Assembly (NCBI RefSeq): GCF_964194155.1 | Contig: NC_135901.1 | Location: 60,760,001-60,824,000 of the forward strand | DNA length: 64,000 nucleotides | DNA from: Cetorhinus maximus | Taxonomy: Eukaryota | Direction: 5' to 3' | Part shown: one piece after another, positions 51,446-64,000 of the stretch | How positions within the stretch are numbered: position 1 is the first letter of the stretch | Layout of the letters: every line of letters begins with the position of its first letter | The notes under the pieces: model-generated | What the model saw: the letters and a program-made list of their open reading frames with translations, nothing else | Databases searched by the model: none | Told to the model about the DNA's origin: nothing | Program-made: the position numbers and the translations under genes

Positions 51446-52943
51446 ACTTCTCATTATTCCTGGTTTTAACAGTATGTCTCCAGAGTTCAGTATCGGTAAA
51501 ATTGAATCAAATCCATCCAGAAACTCGGGATGCTTCCTATTTCTGTTCATTCATGAAAACATTCATGAAATTTGCAGTCTGAAATGGAACAAAAACGGAG
51601 CCAGGTTGGTATCATGTTTGCTTTCTGGGTGTTTGCCTCTCCCTAGAGACAAACCCTTTCCCTCTGTCACTCTCGGTGTCTATGTCTGTGTGTGTTCCTC
51701 TGTTTGTGTGTCAATGTGGTTCAGTTCCTCATTTTTACCATCCAAACATTATTCACCTTAGTCCTGCGGCTTCATATTAAGATGGTCCAGAGAAAACAAA
51801 AGCGCTGTTTTAAAAGATGCAAGAGGACATTTATTTCTGTTTCTCTTTGAGTGGAGAGTGTTCAGCTACTACATGCCCGGATGTTACAAAGCGGAGGATG
51901 ATTGAAGTTTTCACATGATTTTATGAAGTAGCTGAGAATGCTTGAGGGGCCGAATGGCCTATTGCTGATCATGGATTTGTATATTCTAATTCAGTGCCAA
52001 TGCCGGTCAAGGTGATGGTTGTTTCTGCTTTGACAGTGATAGTGAGTGGCAGAATGGACTGAGGTGCTGGTCGAGGTTCCTGTGATTTGGGCTCCACTCC
52101 TGCGGTTGTTAAACTTTCCGGTGGTTTGTTTTTGAGGCGCTACCAAAAAATCCTCCGTACGGCCAGGGGACAGCTGATCTGTGCAGTGTTGCATTTTGGT
52201 TGGGAGAATGGGGAGAGGCAGTCTAAGTTGGGTTCATGGCAGGGACTGAAAGTATTTTTTCTCTCTTACTCCCTGTACCCATTCTATTATTTTGTACAAA
52301 CAACAGTTCGACTTCACTAAGTAGTTGTGACCTAGTGATTTTAGCTGACGGTCTGCAGAATTAATTATCGGTTAATTGGAATAAAAACCATCCAAATACC
52401 CGTGATTCTTATTTCTGTTCATCTGCAAACATTCACTAAATTCGCAGTGGGAAATGGAAGAGCAATTGACCACTCCTGATCAACCAATCACAACTGATGT
52501 TTGACAGCAGCACACCAGGGCCGAATGGCCTCTTTCTTTCCTGTAACTTTCTATAACTTTATGTTTCCCAACACCACGGAATCTCTTTCCCATTCATTAT
52601 GCCATTTTATAACCCATTTTATCGAAATGTACTTTGTGGCCTTGTGTCCTGTCCTTCTGAAGTCAAGACCCGGAGTGAATTCAGTGAGAAGTTTCCCTGT
52701 CATTTCTAGCAGGAGATTTGGAACCAGAGCAGTTGAATTACAGTTTAAATGGTGCCAACCCTTCACTGCAGCTCATTGTGTTTTTGAATGGAGATGATTT
52801 CTGTTTGTTACAAAGTGCAGGATGATCTGATTAACTGACGGAGCTGGCTCCAGATTCCGAATGGTCAATTCCTACTCTGTTGCTTTTGTTCTATTTCAGT
52901 GGCCATACCTGTGAAGGAGATGATTAATAGCGCCTCTCGCTGT

Positions 52944-53025
52944 GGTAGCGTGGCCGAGCGGTCTAAGGTGCTGGATTTAGGCTCCAGTCTCTATGGAGGC
53001 GTGGGTTCGAATCCCCCTGCTGCCA
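52944..53025 (+). tRNA. tRNA-Leu(TAG), near-intact
   Basis: GGTAGCGTGGCCGAGCGGTCTAAGGTGCTGGATTTAGGCTCCAG..GGGTTCGAATCCC..GCTGCCA; A and B boxes intact; one T-stem mismatch. Confidence 0.85.
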
Positions 53026-53224
53026 AACCTTTAGCAGCCCCATTTGGATAGATACCACCTCAAATTGAGTGCGCAGTGCTGTATTCTTACAGGAAGAACG
53101 AGGAGACGATATAAATGTGGGTAAAGGCGGGATATGGAATTTTAGTTGTTGAGTTCCAGAGAGTCGGTGTGTGAGTAACAGTCGATGATTTTATACAAAC
53201 AGCAGTGACGTCAGTGTCAGTCCT

Positions 53225-53298
53225 GTGTTCATGGCGGAGTGGATAAGGGTTCGAATCCTTTGGGGTCTCCTCACAGAGGTACAAATCCTACCGGCTCC
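53225..53298 (+). pseudogene. tRNA-Ser pseudogene with internal deletion
   Basis: tggcggagtggataagg..tggggtctcc..aggtacaaatcct followed by the Ser flank. Confidence 0.5.
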
Positions 53299-54794
53299 AG
53301 TTCTCATCATTCCTGATTTTGATAAGGTGCCCATGGAATTAATTAATGGATAAACGGAATCAAAACCACGCAAACACTCCCGTGATTTCTTCCTTCCTTC
53401 GTGTGTGTGAGTGTCAATGTGGTTCAGTTCCCCAAGGGATTAGACACATTGTTAACAGAACGATCTTAATTCACATTAGTTGTGCAAATTCACATCAAAA
53501 AATAGCAGGGTGAAAGCAGGTTGTCTCCTTCTCTGTGTGCCCCATTACAACAACAGGTTACATTTAGATAGTGCCTTTAATGAAACCTCCAAAGATGGTT
53601 CACAGGGTCATTATAAAAGAGAGTCTGACACTGACACGCATAAGGAGATGTTAGGCCAGATGACCAAAAGCTTGGTCGGAGAGGTAGGTTTTCAGAAAAG
53701 TCTGAAGGGTGGAAAGTGAGATAGAGGCGGAGAGGTTTAGGGAGGGGATTCCAGAATTTGGGGCCTCAGTAACTGAAACCACGATCACCAATGGTGGAGC
53801 TATTCTGATTGGGAATGTACAAGATGCCAGAATTAGAGAAGCACAGATATCTCAGAGGCTTGTGGGTTTAGAGCAGATCACAGAAATAGGGGAGGGGGAG
53901 GGAATTGAAAACAAGGATAAGGAATTTTGAAGTAGATACATTTTTTGACTGGGAGCCAATGCAGGTCAGCGAACAGAGGGGTGAGGGGGGAATGAGACTT
54001 GCTGTGAATGAAGACACGGGCAGCAGTTTTGGATGACATCAATTTGCAGAGGGGGGAATGTCCACTTACATTCCAGAACTGACATTCTGCTGGATCAGCA
54101 TTGCCCTGTTTCGAAGACCAATATTGATCCTTTATAAAGTGCGGTTACCAGAACAATACACAGTCCTCCAGGTGTGTTGTAACCAGGGCTTTGTATAGCT
54201 GTAGCAAAACTTTCCTTCATTTCTATAACAGCCTCTGGAACAGGTTGTACAGCAAGGGGAGTTAGATTTTATATATCGACTGAGCAAAATGAGGAGATGT
54301 TGATCAGAATGAACTTCTTTCAAGTATTCAATAGGAAATCAATTGCACAAATAAATATTTCTTTTTATTCCGAAGACAACATATGAATCCCCAGTTCAAC
54401 TCTCCGTGTAATTGGGTCAGGGAAACTTTGTTAATGTTCACACACTGAGCATGGACACTGCAGAAGCTCCTGCACCTCTTCCAATATTGTTTTTCTTAAA
54501 TCAGAGTTTTCAAAAAGGAGTTGACAACTATTTGAAATGGAAGAAAAAACTACAGGGTTATGAAGGAAGAGAATGATATTGGAGCTAAGTAATTAGGTAT
54601 TTCAAGAAAGCACACACACAATGGGTCGAATGGCCTCCTAATGAGCTGTGTGAATTTACAATGAGATCAATTTCTCTGCAGCATTCCAAAATGTCCCACC
54701 CCAATTGTATTCCTGTGAAATAGGATCTTGCAGTGCAGCATGTCTACACAGTTTGAAATTCTATACAAGTCCCTTTGGCTTTTTCTCGTAAATT

Positions 54795-54918
54795 GTTTCT
54801 GTGGTATAGCAGCCAAGCCAGCGATGCCCACATCCCATAAATAAATTAAGAAACAAATAGTGATTATCACATTCACTTCACATGCGCAAGGTCGCTGGTT
54901 TGAAAGCTGACAGCAACA
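54795..54918 (+). pseudogene. tRNA-Val(CAC) pseudogene split by a ~47-bp LINE tail
   Basis: gtttctgtggtatag [insert] tgattatcacattcacttcacatgcgcaaggtcgctggtttgaaa. Confidence 0.6.
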
Positions 54919-55293
54919 TTATCAAAACTGAATCATCTAATTGTGAGAAGCTGCACAATTCCCAATTGTTGCTAAACGACAGCTGAATATATTACCTCAC
55001 AGCCATGTGACATTGGCACTTCCCCAGGCTTTGAATGATTTTCTCCAAAAGGCACGGTATTGAGAAAGAGACAATAAATGAGACGATTTTCAGCAAGATA
55101 GTTCACACATGTGTGAAGTGTTGAATGACCTGCTGATGTGCTCTGTTATTTTATGATTCTAATGTCAGATCAATTTCTCTGCCACATGGCTATGTTTTTC
55201 AGCCGAATTGTACTACCACAAGACAGGGTTTGGAAGTGCAGTAAGACTGCACGGTTTGACATTCTTAAGTCACTCCCTGTGGTTCTGCATATT

Positions 55294-55359
55294 GTTTCTG
55301 TGGTGTAGTGGTGATCACGTACACGCAAAAGGTCCCCTGTCTGGAAATGGGTGGAGACA
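55294..55359 (+). pseudogene. tRNA-Val pseudogene (anticodon arm partly deleted)
   Basis: gtttctgtggtgtagtggtgatcacgt..acacgcaaaaggtcccc..gggtggagaca. Confidence 0.65.
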
Positions 55360-56996
55360 TTATCGATATTCACACATCTAAGTGTGAGGGAAATGTCTAT
55401 AATTCACATTTGTTGTTGGAAAGTAACTGAATATAATATCTCCCGCCACATTAAATTTGCCCTTCACCAAGCCGCAAAAAGCATGCTCAAATCAGGAGGA
55501 TGAAACTGACTCAGCACAAAAACTAGCAGCTTCTTTAGTCAACAACAGAAATTAATGAGTTTACAAATGCAAATTCACAGTTACTTACTGACTGAAAGAT
55601 GACTACCAGTGTGATCCAAAGACTAGCGTCACCCGAAAAACAGAAGCAAGTGATAATGTGATTGAACACGAGGGAATGGGAGAGATGGTGCAAAATCACT
55701 TTGTATCGCGCTTCATCACGGATCTTCATTCTTTCTTGGGCATCGCTGGCCAGCATTTGTTATCCATCCCCAATTGCCCTTCAGCTGTGTAATTTGTTAA
55801 ACCATTTCAGAGGGTAGTTGAGAATCAATCACATCACTGTGAGTCTGGAGTCACATGCAGGTCAGACGAGGCAAGGACGACCGATTGAATTCCCTAAATG
55901 ACTGGTGAACCACATGGGTTTGTACGGCAATCAATGATAGTTTCACAGTCATCATGACTGAGAAAATACTGAGGACATGTCAGATCAGAATAAACATCTT
56001 TTGTAAGTTCACCATGAAATGAATTGCATAAATAACTTATGTTTATGTCGAAAACTGCAGAAACAATCCTAGACAAACTCTTAATTTCATTGGGTAAGGG
56101 AAATATCCATTAAAGCAAACTGCATGGATTCTGCAGAAACTCCTTCCTCAAGAAGGAATTTGGCAATGGTTGAAATGGGGAAAATTCTGATTCATGGAAT
56201 GAGAGAAGGAAATTGGGACTAATTGGCAAGATCTTTGTAAAAAAAATAAACTGATATAAATAGAATGGGTGGAAGGTCCTCTTACTGCGCTGTGCCATTT
56301 GATGATGACATTGTTGATCAGTCTGTCTCCAGCATTCCTAATGAGAACAGCCAAATTCCATTTCTTCAAAACAAAGACACAAAGTGCTGCTGCATGACGT
56401 CACAGTTTAACATTCCAGACAGCTCCATTGGGATCCAAGCAGGGAAATGTTCCTGTAGCATTGTGGTTACCCTGCTAATTGCGCGTGTGCAAGTTACTCC
56501 ATTCGATGCTGGGGAAACATTATCACCCAACTGTGTGGAAAAGTTGCATCGCTCCCATTCCTGTTTGTAATTGAATGTGAACTGAATGCTGGATCTTGCA
56601 GCTACATTAGATTCGCTCTTCACCATTTCTGAAGATGACATTCAGCAAAATAAGAAGATGTTTCCGCTGGCAGCGGGTGATTGGAGATTGCAGGGCTGGA
56701 ATATTGCTACTTGTTCCTGTCTCACTCACTGTGGAGCTGAGGGAGTGCGACTAATTGGTTGGTTTGTTTAAATCCAATAGCCTCATAGATATCCATTGAT
56801 TTAGATGGGGGTTCACGATCGCTCATATTCTTTGTTATGTCTGAAATGAATATGCATAAACAGAGCTTGGTGTGGGAACTCAGTGGGTGACAGCCAAGAT
56901 TTCAACGTGGGGGTGAGCGATTTTCTTGTAGTTTCAGAGCCCTGAAACAAATCAGAGCGTTAATGAGTAATGATGGGGAGAAAAAAGTGCCAGCTT

Positions 56997-57013
56997 CGTC
57001 CCTGGATGGTCTC

Positions 57014-57044
<31 letters not shown>

Positions 57045-57070
57045 ACACTGACCAATTGCGCCACAAAGAC
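56997..57070 (-). tRNA. tRNA-Asn(GTT), near-intact
   Basis: GTCTTTGTGGCGCAATTGGTCAGTGTGTTCGGCTGTTAACCGAAAGGTTGGTGGTTCGAGACCATCCAGGGACG, with a T-run terminator just downstream; several G-U pairs and a T-loop change. Confidence 0.85.
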
Positions 57071-58230
57071 TTGATGTAAGAGTTTGCACTCTATAAGATA
57101 TCCTAAACCAATGGCTCAACGAGAGAAAACTTCAGATTGCTGAACTGCAATGACAATTATTCCCTATCAGTTTTACTCTTCCCAAATAAAGGGTGAGACA
57201 TTCATTGCGGGCACATGGAAAAAGTCTGATCCAACCCACTGCAGACACATCCATGTCACCGGGAACGAGCTCCCCTGCAACCGGTGCCGTTTCCCTTCGA
57301 GCCTTTCAGTGTTTTGTCTTTTACTGAGTATTCTGGTTGTCCCGAAGCCGATAATTCTGAAGGGGTTTTTCTGTTACACAGCGAGTGGTTAGGATCTGGA
57401 ATGCACCACCTAAGATTGTGGGGGAGGCAGATTCAATCGCGGATTTCAAAAATGAATTAGACAGAAAATGGAGGTCTCCAGGGACAAACGCGGAGGAGTG
57501 GGACCAGGTCAGTTAGTTTCCAGAAGAGTAAGAGGTCTCCCTTTTCAGACAGAGTTAAGGAGATTTTTTTCCTCTCAGAGGGTCATTAGCCTGTGGAATT
57601 ATTTTCATCATGGGTTTGGTCATTGAATTTACACAAGGCAGAATTAGACAGATTTTTGAGAGGCAAGGGGGTCAAAGGTTATGGGGGGCAGGCAGGAGTT
57701 GAGACCACAACCAGATTTGCCGTGACCTTAATGAATGGTGAAGCAGGGTCAAAGGGCTGAATGGCCTTTTTCTGCCCCTGAGTCTTTTGTTCCTACAACC
57801 CGGGCTGAACGGCCGCCATCTGTGTGTAGCCTTATCTCTGATTCTCTGACACTATGAGGCGCTGGAGAGGCAAATGGTCAATTCCTGCTTCTATTTGTAA
57901 TGTTCTATTTTGGAGCCGTTACCACCCAAGGCAATGGTTAGTTTACCTTTGATAGTGGGAGCGTGGTTGGCTGGGTTAAGGTGTTTTGTTTGGGCTCTTT
58001 CTCTTCCTGGGATCAAATCAAAGTTTCAGTTGATTTGTTCTTTCAGTCACTTCACCTGAGCATTGGCTCATGGTCGTTGATGTATTAAGATCTTCATCTT
58101 GGCAGGAAGAACAAGGAGACGCGATATGAATTCCAGGCTGACTAGGGATATGTGGGGCCAAATTCCCTCTTTCTCTGTTATAACCTTTTTGAGATTTCAT
58201 ATGAACAATATTGAAATTGATGTGAGATCT

Positions 58231-58310
58231 GTAATTGTGGATGAGTGGTTAAGACAATGGGTTTGAAGTCTATTGGGCTCTCCCCATGTAGGTTTGAATC
58301 CTCGCTGTCT
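58231..58310 (+). pseudogene. tRNA-Ser(TGA) pseudogene
   Basis: gtaattgtggatgagtggttaagacaatgggtttgaagtctattggg..aggtttgaatcct followed by the Ser flank. Confidence 0.65.
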
Positions 58311-58952
58311 GCTGCTCCTTACTTTAGGTGAATCTAGAATTAAATTAATTGTTGGTGAAATGGAATAAAAACTTTCCAAACACTCCCGTGTGTTTCTCCT
58401 GCTTCTGTTCTTCGTTTCTTCCTTTCCGTTCATCTGCATGCATTCGCCAAATCTGCCGTCTGAAATGGAACAATAATTGGAGAAGCTGGTGACATTCTAA
58501 CTTTCTGGGTGTTTGTGGATCCTGAGGCCTCTGTCACTCTCGGTGTATGTGTCTGTGTGTGTCAATGTGGCTCAGTTCCCTGAGGGGATGAACACTTTTT
58601 TACCATCACAAACTTCATTCACATTATTCGTGCAACTTCATGTTAGAATGTTATGGTCCCCCGTCTTTTCCCCGGAGACCTGCATTTTCTGTCCAATTCT
58701 CTTTTGAAATCCGTGATTGAATCTGTCTCCCTCACATTCTCAGGCCGTGCATTCCAGATCCTAACCACTCGCTCTGTAACACAGAAGCCCCTTCAGAATG
58801 GTACACTTTATGTGATATTGCTTCTCCTCATTCTTCCGACCAACATGAATCACTTCACACTTCCCTACATTAAATTCCAGGTTCGCTTTAACAGTTTACA
58901 CGAGGAATTCCTGTGCATTGTGACAGTTCACACAGCGGTAAGAAAAAAGTTA

Positions 58953-59003
58953 GCTCCTGATCAGGAGTTGAACCTGGGCTGCGGCGGTGAAACTATTAAA
59001 TCC
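58953..59003 (-). pseudogene. tRNA-Glu(TTC) 3' fragment
   Basis: Reverse complement tttcaccgccgcagcccaggttcaactcctgatcagga. Confidence 0.5.
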
Positions 59004-59172
59004 GAAGCACAAAGCTCTCTGACTTCCAGTGAAGCTCAGGCTGTTTTCACTCAGAAGCCAGCGGCTGTGATATTAACAAAGTGGGATGGAGAGAGACTCA
59101 GTTTGAGCGGTGACACTGCTGGAGGGATGGGGAGTTGGGGATCACCCATGAAAGCTTTAAAAAAAACGGCGG

Positions 59173-59245
59173 CGCCCAGCGTGGGGCTCGAGCCCACGAT
59201 GCTGAGATTAAGAGTCTCACGCTTTACCAGGAACGCTAGCCGGGA
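59173..59245 (-). tRNA. tRNA-Lys(CTT), divergent (possibly pseudogene)
   Basis: CCCGGCTAGC..GTAAAGCGTGAGACTCTTAATCTCAG..GTGGGCTCGAGCCCCACGCTGGGCG followed by a T-run; altered D loop, T54 and base 1. Confidence 0.7.
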
Positions 59246-59821
59246 ATAGATAGTCAGTGTTCCCTATGCAAAAATTCAGGGAGATCAATGTTCCTTCCTC
59301 CCTGGAGCCTCAGCTTGTTCTGAATTTCAAAGTGTGGGAGATAATCGACCGACAAAAGGCTCAAGGTTGCAATGCATTCCTCTCAATCATCAATAATATC
59401 ATTCACATCTTCCACTTCTTCGCTGCACCTCCTTCCAAACATTGCAAACTCCACTTGCATCGTTCATCCTGATATTTTTCTCTTTGACATTTTAATATGA
59501 AGCTGCACAATTAATGTGAGTCAAGTTTGTGATGGTGATTATGTGTCCATCCCCTCGGAGAGCTGAACCACATTGACACACACAGATGAACACACACAGG
59601 CACATACACCGAGAGTGACAGAGGCCAAAGGAGAGACAAACACCCAGAAAACAAAGATGTCACCAACTTGGCCAATTATTATTCCATTTCAGGCTTCAAA
59701 TGTAGTGAATGTTTGCAGATGAACAGAAGCAAGAAACACGGGGGTGTTCGGGTCGTTTTCGTTTTCATTTGACGGATAATTTATTCTGCAGACAGTTTAT
59801 GTCAATCAGGAATGAGAAGAA

Positions 59822-59880
59822 GGGAGTTGGCAGGATTCGAACCACGTGGAAAAACGTCTGAACCACTCGGCCAGAACAAC
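59822..59880 (-). pseudogene. tRNA-Ser pseudogene with anticodon arm deleted
   Basis: Reverse complement tggccgagtggttcag..ggttcgaatcctgcc followed by the Ser flank. Confidence 0.6.
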
Positions 59881-60112
59881 TGGGTAAAGGCTGCGTGTTG
59901 TTTGTTTAAAATAATAAAATGAATACAGCGAGTTCCAGTGAAAGAAGGTCTTCCAGTCTGTGCCATTGCCCCACCTTTTCCCAGTCACCCTGGGATTTAC
60001 ACTGTCTCTCCTCATTCTTCCAACTGAAATACAACACTGCACAGCTCAGCTGCTCCTTCACCGCACGGAGAATTTTTGGGAAGCACCGCAAATAACAAAG
60101 CACCAGAAAGTT

Positions 60113-60193
60113 TGGCAGCGGTGAGAGTGAAGCCTAAATCACCAGAGAGATCGAAACCTGAACCAACGGCTGAGCCCGCTCGGCCTCACTACC
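60113..60193 (-). pseudogene. tRNA-Leu pseudogene
   Basis: Reverse complement ggtagtgaggccgagcgg..caccgctgcca; decayed paralogs near 52040 and 57956. Confidence 0.55.
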
Positions 60194-61447
60194 ACATTCA
60201 GATTAGACACAAACATTGTCCTCACCAACATTGACACTGAATTAGAATATAAAAAAATATGATCATGAATTGACCATTCGGCCCCTCGAGCATTCTCAGC
60301 TACTTAATTAGATCATGTGAAAACTTCAATCATCACCCAGTTTATAGCATCCGGACATTTAGTTGCCGAACAGTCGCCACTAAAAGGAAAGGGAGAAATG
60401 TCCTCTTCCATCTTTTAAAACTTTTTTTTTTGCTGTTATGATGCCAGGGAACTAAAATAGATCATGTTTGGGTGGTAAAAATGGGAAACTGAACCACATT
60501 GACACACACAGAAAATCACAAATACGCACGTTGTTAAGATTTTAAGTTGTTCATGTTTTCACGCTGTCTTTCAATGTGCAGAAAGCGGAGCTGTGATCAG
60601 CTTGTTGCTCAGAATATGTACAGCAAGAATGTACATAGCAGGCTGATGGTAACAGTGCCTGTTTGGACTCGGGGAGATGCATCTGACGATGTAACCATTT
60701 CAATGCCGTTCAATGAGACCGGTTCCAAATTCTGTGCTATAAATGAAAGTAAACTCGCTGAATTTGATCAGCGTCTTGCATTCGAAGCATCACATGGGAG
60801 ATAAGAAAGTTCATCTTAATCGGGGTGTTTGGAAAAATCAAATTACAGAAAGTTACAGCAAAGAAAGAGGCCATTGAGCCCTGTGTGCTGCTTTCAAAGA
60901 ACAGTGTGATTGGTTGATCTGAACACTCAAAGATGTTTGTCATTTTAGATGAATGGACAAAAAGGGAAAGGAGGTGGGGTCGCGCTGTTAATAAGGAACG
61001 AGGTCAGTACATTGGTGAGAGAGGACCGTAGATTGAAGGATCAAGATGTAGAATCAGTTTGGGTGGAGCTAAGAAACAGCAAGAGGCAGCAAACATTGGT
61101 GGGAGTTATTTATAAACCACCAAACTGTAGTGGGAATGTTGGGCATGGGATAAATCAGGAAATTAGAGCTGCATGTGACATGAGTAATACAGGAATAATA
61201 TTCCGCCTCTCAGCACCAGCTCTATAGTCAGTGCTTTGTAACCTATCACAGCCCTTCTCTTTTATTTTCACCCTCTCACTCCGACTCTGGATTTGTTCCC
61301 AAGTTTTGCCCTTGTGACATTTCCAGCTCTGATGTGAAACTTCCACTCTCACTCCACCAATTCTAGCAGAGCTTTACCGTGTTATTGTCAACCAGCAAAT
61401 CAATCACATTAATTTGAACAGCTCGCCCAGGAGGAATAAGTTTCAAA

Positions 61448-61520
61448 TCCTTAACCAGGAATCGAAAGCAGGCTGCACTGATAAAATTGCCGCATTTTAA
61501 CCACTAACCCAGCAGTTTGA
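61448..61520 (-). pseudogene. tRNA-Glu pseudogene
   Basis: Positional paralog of 49756-49827; reverse complement tagtggttaa..ttcgattcctggttaagga. Confidence 0.5.
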
Positions 61521-62227
61521 CACATGCAGGTTGCTTATGGCATTTTTTCATTCCAGATCTCTTTCACCAGAGACAACTTTCTTTGGCCAAATTGTCTGTG
61601 TCGGATGAACACAAGTGACATCTTCAGCCAATGAGAAGAACCATTGCTGTTAGCTGGAACGTGAAATCGATACTTTCCTCCTTTACGGCACTTCATAAAG
61701 CTTCCCCTTTGACCGAGCTTTTAGTCATTTGACCGAATATGAGGCTCAGTGTCACACTTTGTTATATAATGCTCCTGGGGAACGCCTTGTGACGTTTCAT
61801 TAGGTAAAAGGAGCTTTATAAATATAAGTTGTTGTTGTAGTCCATACATAGAAAGAGACAAACTCCTGATGTCTCTTTCATCCTGATACTTTTCACTGTA
61901 ACATTGTAATGCACAACTAATGTGAATACAGTTTGTGCTCGTAAAAATGTGTTCTCCTCCTCAGGGAACTGAACCACATTGACCCACACAGAAGAACAAA
62001 CAGAGATATACGCCGAGAGTGACAGAGGCCAAAGGAGAGGCAAATGCCAGAATGAAATCATGTCACCAAATTGGCTCCGTTTTTTTTTCCATTTCCGATT
62101 GGAGATTTGCAGAAGGCTGACATATGAATGGAAATAAAAGATCAGGGATGTGTTTGGAGCACCTTTCCTCGATTCAAATGATAATTAGTTCTGTCTGCGT
62201 GCGGTTAAAATCAGATATAAAGTGAAG

Positions 62228-62309
62228 CATAGTCGGCAGGATTGGAACCTGCGTGGGGTAACCCCAGTCGATTTCTAATCCATCGCCTTAACCACTCGAC
62301 CACGACTAC
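62228..62309 (-). tRNA. tRNA-Ser(AGA), mildly degenerate
   Basis: GTAGTCGTGGTCGAGTGGTTAAGGCGATGGATTAGAAATCGACTGGGGTTACCCCACGCAGGTTCCAATCCTGCCGACTATG; anticodon-stem mismatches and G->C in the B box. Confidence 0.7.
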
Positions 62310-62459
62310 AGAAGTTGCGCCTGCACTGCTATTATTTGTATGAAATCATAAAAGTTACAGCAGAGAATGCGGTCTTTCTGCCCGTCTTGTCATGGCCATC
62401 ACCTGGCCTTATCCCTGGAAACCTACAATTTATACTGTCTCTCCCCATTCTTCCAACCA

Positions 62460-63832
62460 AACTGGGAAGGAAAAAGTGAGAATAATCCAATTACCGCCCC
62501 ATTAGTCTACTCTCCATCATCAGTAAAGTAATGGAAGGGGTCATCAACAGTGCTTTCAAGTGGCATTGACTTAGAAATAACCTGCTCACTGATGTCCAGT
62601 TTGGGTTCCGCAAGGGCCACTCAGTTCCCGACCTCATTATAGCCTTGGTTCAAACATAGACAAAGAAGCTGAACTCCCGAGGTGAGGTGGAAGTGACTGC
62701 CCTTGACATCAAGGCAGCATTTGACCGAGTGTGGCATCTAGGAGCCCTAGTAAAGCTGGAGTCAATGGGAATCAGGGTGAAACTCTCCGCTTGTTGGATT
62801 CATACCTAGCACAAAGGGAAATGTTTGTGGTTGTTGGAGGTCAGTCATCACTGCAGGAGTTCCTCAGGGTAGTATCCTCGACCCAACCATCTTTAGCTGC
62901 TTCATCAATGACCTTTTTTCCATCATAATATCAGAAGTGGGGATGTTGGCTGATGATTGCACGATGTTTAGCGCCATATCCAACTCTTCAGATACTCAAG
63001 CAGTTCATGTCCAAATGCAGCCACCCTGGATAATGTGCAGACTTGGGCTAACAAGTAGCAAGTAACATTCACAGCACACACGTGTCAGGTAATGACCATC
63101 TCCAACACGAGAGAATCCAACCATCGCCATTTGATGTTCAATGGCATTACCATCACAAATCCCTCACTATCAATACCCTGGGGGTTAACATTGACCAGGA
63201 ACTTAACTGGACTAGCCGTACAAACACTGTGGCTACAAGAGCAGGTCAGAGGCTAGGAGTCGTGCAACGAGTAGCTCACCTCCTGACTCCCCAAAGCCTG
63301 TCCACCATCTACAAGGCACAAGTTTAGAGTCTGATGGAATATTCCCTACTTGCCTGGATGAGTGCATCTCCCACAACACTGAAGAAAATGGACACCATCC
63401 AGGGCAAAGCAGTCTGCTTGACTGGCACCACATCCACATTCACTCTGTTCACCACTGATGCGCAGTAGCAGCAGTGTGTACCATCTACAAGATGCACTGC
63501 AGGAATTCACCAAGGCTCCTGAGACAGCAGTGTCCAAACCTACGACCATTACCAGCTAGAAGGACAAGGGCAGCAGATAGATAGGAACACCACCACCTGG
63601 AAGTTCCCCTCCAAGTCACTCACCATCCTGAGTAGGAAATATATCGTCATTCCTTCATTGTCACTGGGTCAAAATCCTGGAACTCCCTTCCTAACAGCAC
63701 TGTGGGTATACCTACACCGCATGGACTGCAGCGGTTCAAGAAGGCAGGCCGCCTTCCCAAGGGCAATTAGGAATGGGCAATAAATTCTGGTCCAGACAGC
63801 AAAGCCGACATCCCGTGAATGAATAAAAAAAA
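62460..63832 (+). mobile_element. 5'-truncated non-LTR LINE with RT domain (CR1/Jockey superclade)
   Basis: NYRPISLLSIISKVME, QFGFRKGHS, ALDIKAAFDRVWH, ADDC; 3' end atcccgtgaatgaataaaaaaaa. Confidence 0.85.
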
Positions 63833-64000
63833 GATCCAGGTTAGCCTGCAAGTTATATAGCCTTGTTCCTCTGACCAAATTAAAGGACTGCAAACGTCAG
63901 TCCCCGGAGCAAGTCTGACGTATTTGCTCAACTTTCAATATTGGTTACCTTAACACCGAGTTTCCAAATGGGAATTGTGCAATGGCTTGAAAGCGAAAAA

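Noticed and set aside
56448-56519. Additional tRNA-Val relic
   Set aside because: Too degenerate; only the ends and flank position suggest it.
58653-59249. 198-aa ORF
   Set aside because: Patchwork of an antisense CR1 fragment and antisense tRNA-Glu/Lys sequence.

Overview
Vertebrate genomic DNA, most likely a shark or other elasmobranch (inferred from the repeat families and the MEKPWKC-type zinc-finger genes). Positions ~1-46 kb hold a birth-and-death cluster of C2H2 zinc-finger (ZNF) loci with no visible KRAB/SCAN domain. Two ORFs are intact (4193-4894 +, 13231-13821 -), one is truncated, and five are disrupted. Most sit behind a CpG-rich NRF1/YY1-motif promoter, and the cluster is a mosaic of inverted segmental duplications. 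Positions ~46-62.5 kb hold a duplicated array of tRNA genes and pseudogenes (Ser, Leu, Glu, Val, Asn, Lys), with outlying relics among the ZNFs. Interspersed elements include CR1, L2, RTE and another LINE family, Penelope-like elements with decayed hammerhead motifs, a Deu-type SINE and a solo LTR. The most notable feature is three co-duplicated remnants of an LTR element (LTR, tRNA-Leu PBS, gag-like start, PPT) whose decayed env resembles a paramyxovirus-F-type fusion glycoprotein, as in lokiretroviruses. Also notable are ZNF 5' leaders built from fossil fingers carrying a conserved uORF, and a 3'UTR micro-inversion that separates two ZNF subfamilies. All calls were made by eye without database searches; repeat boundaries are approximate.
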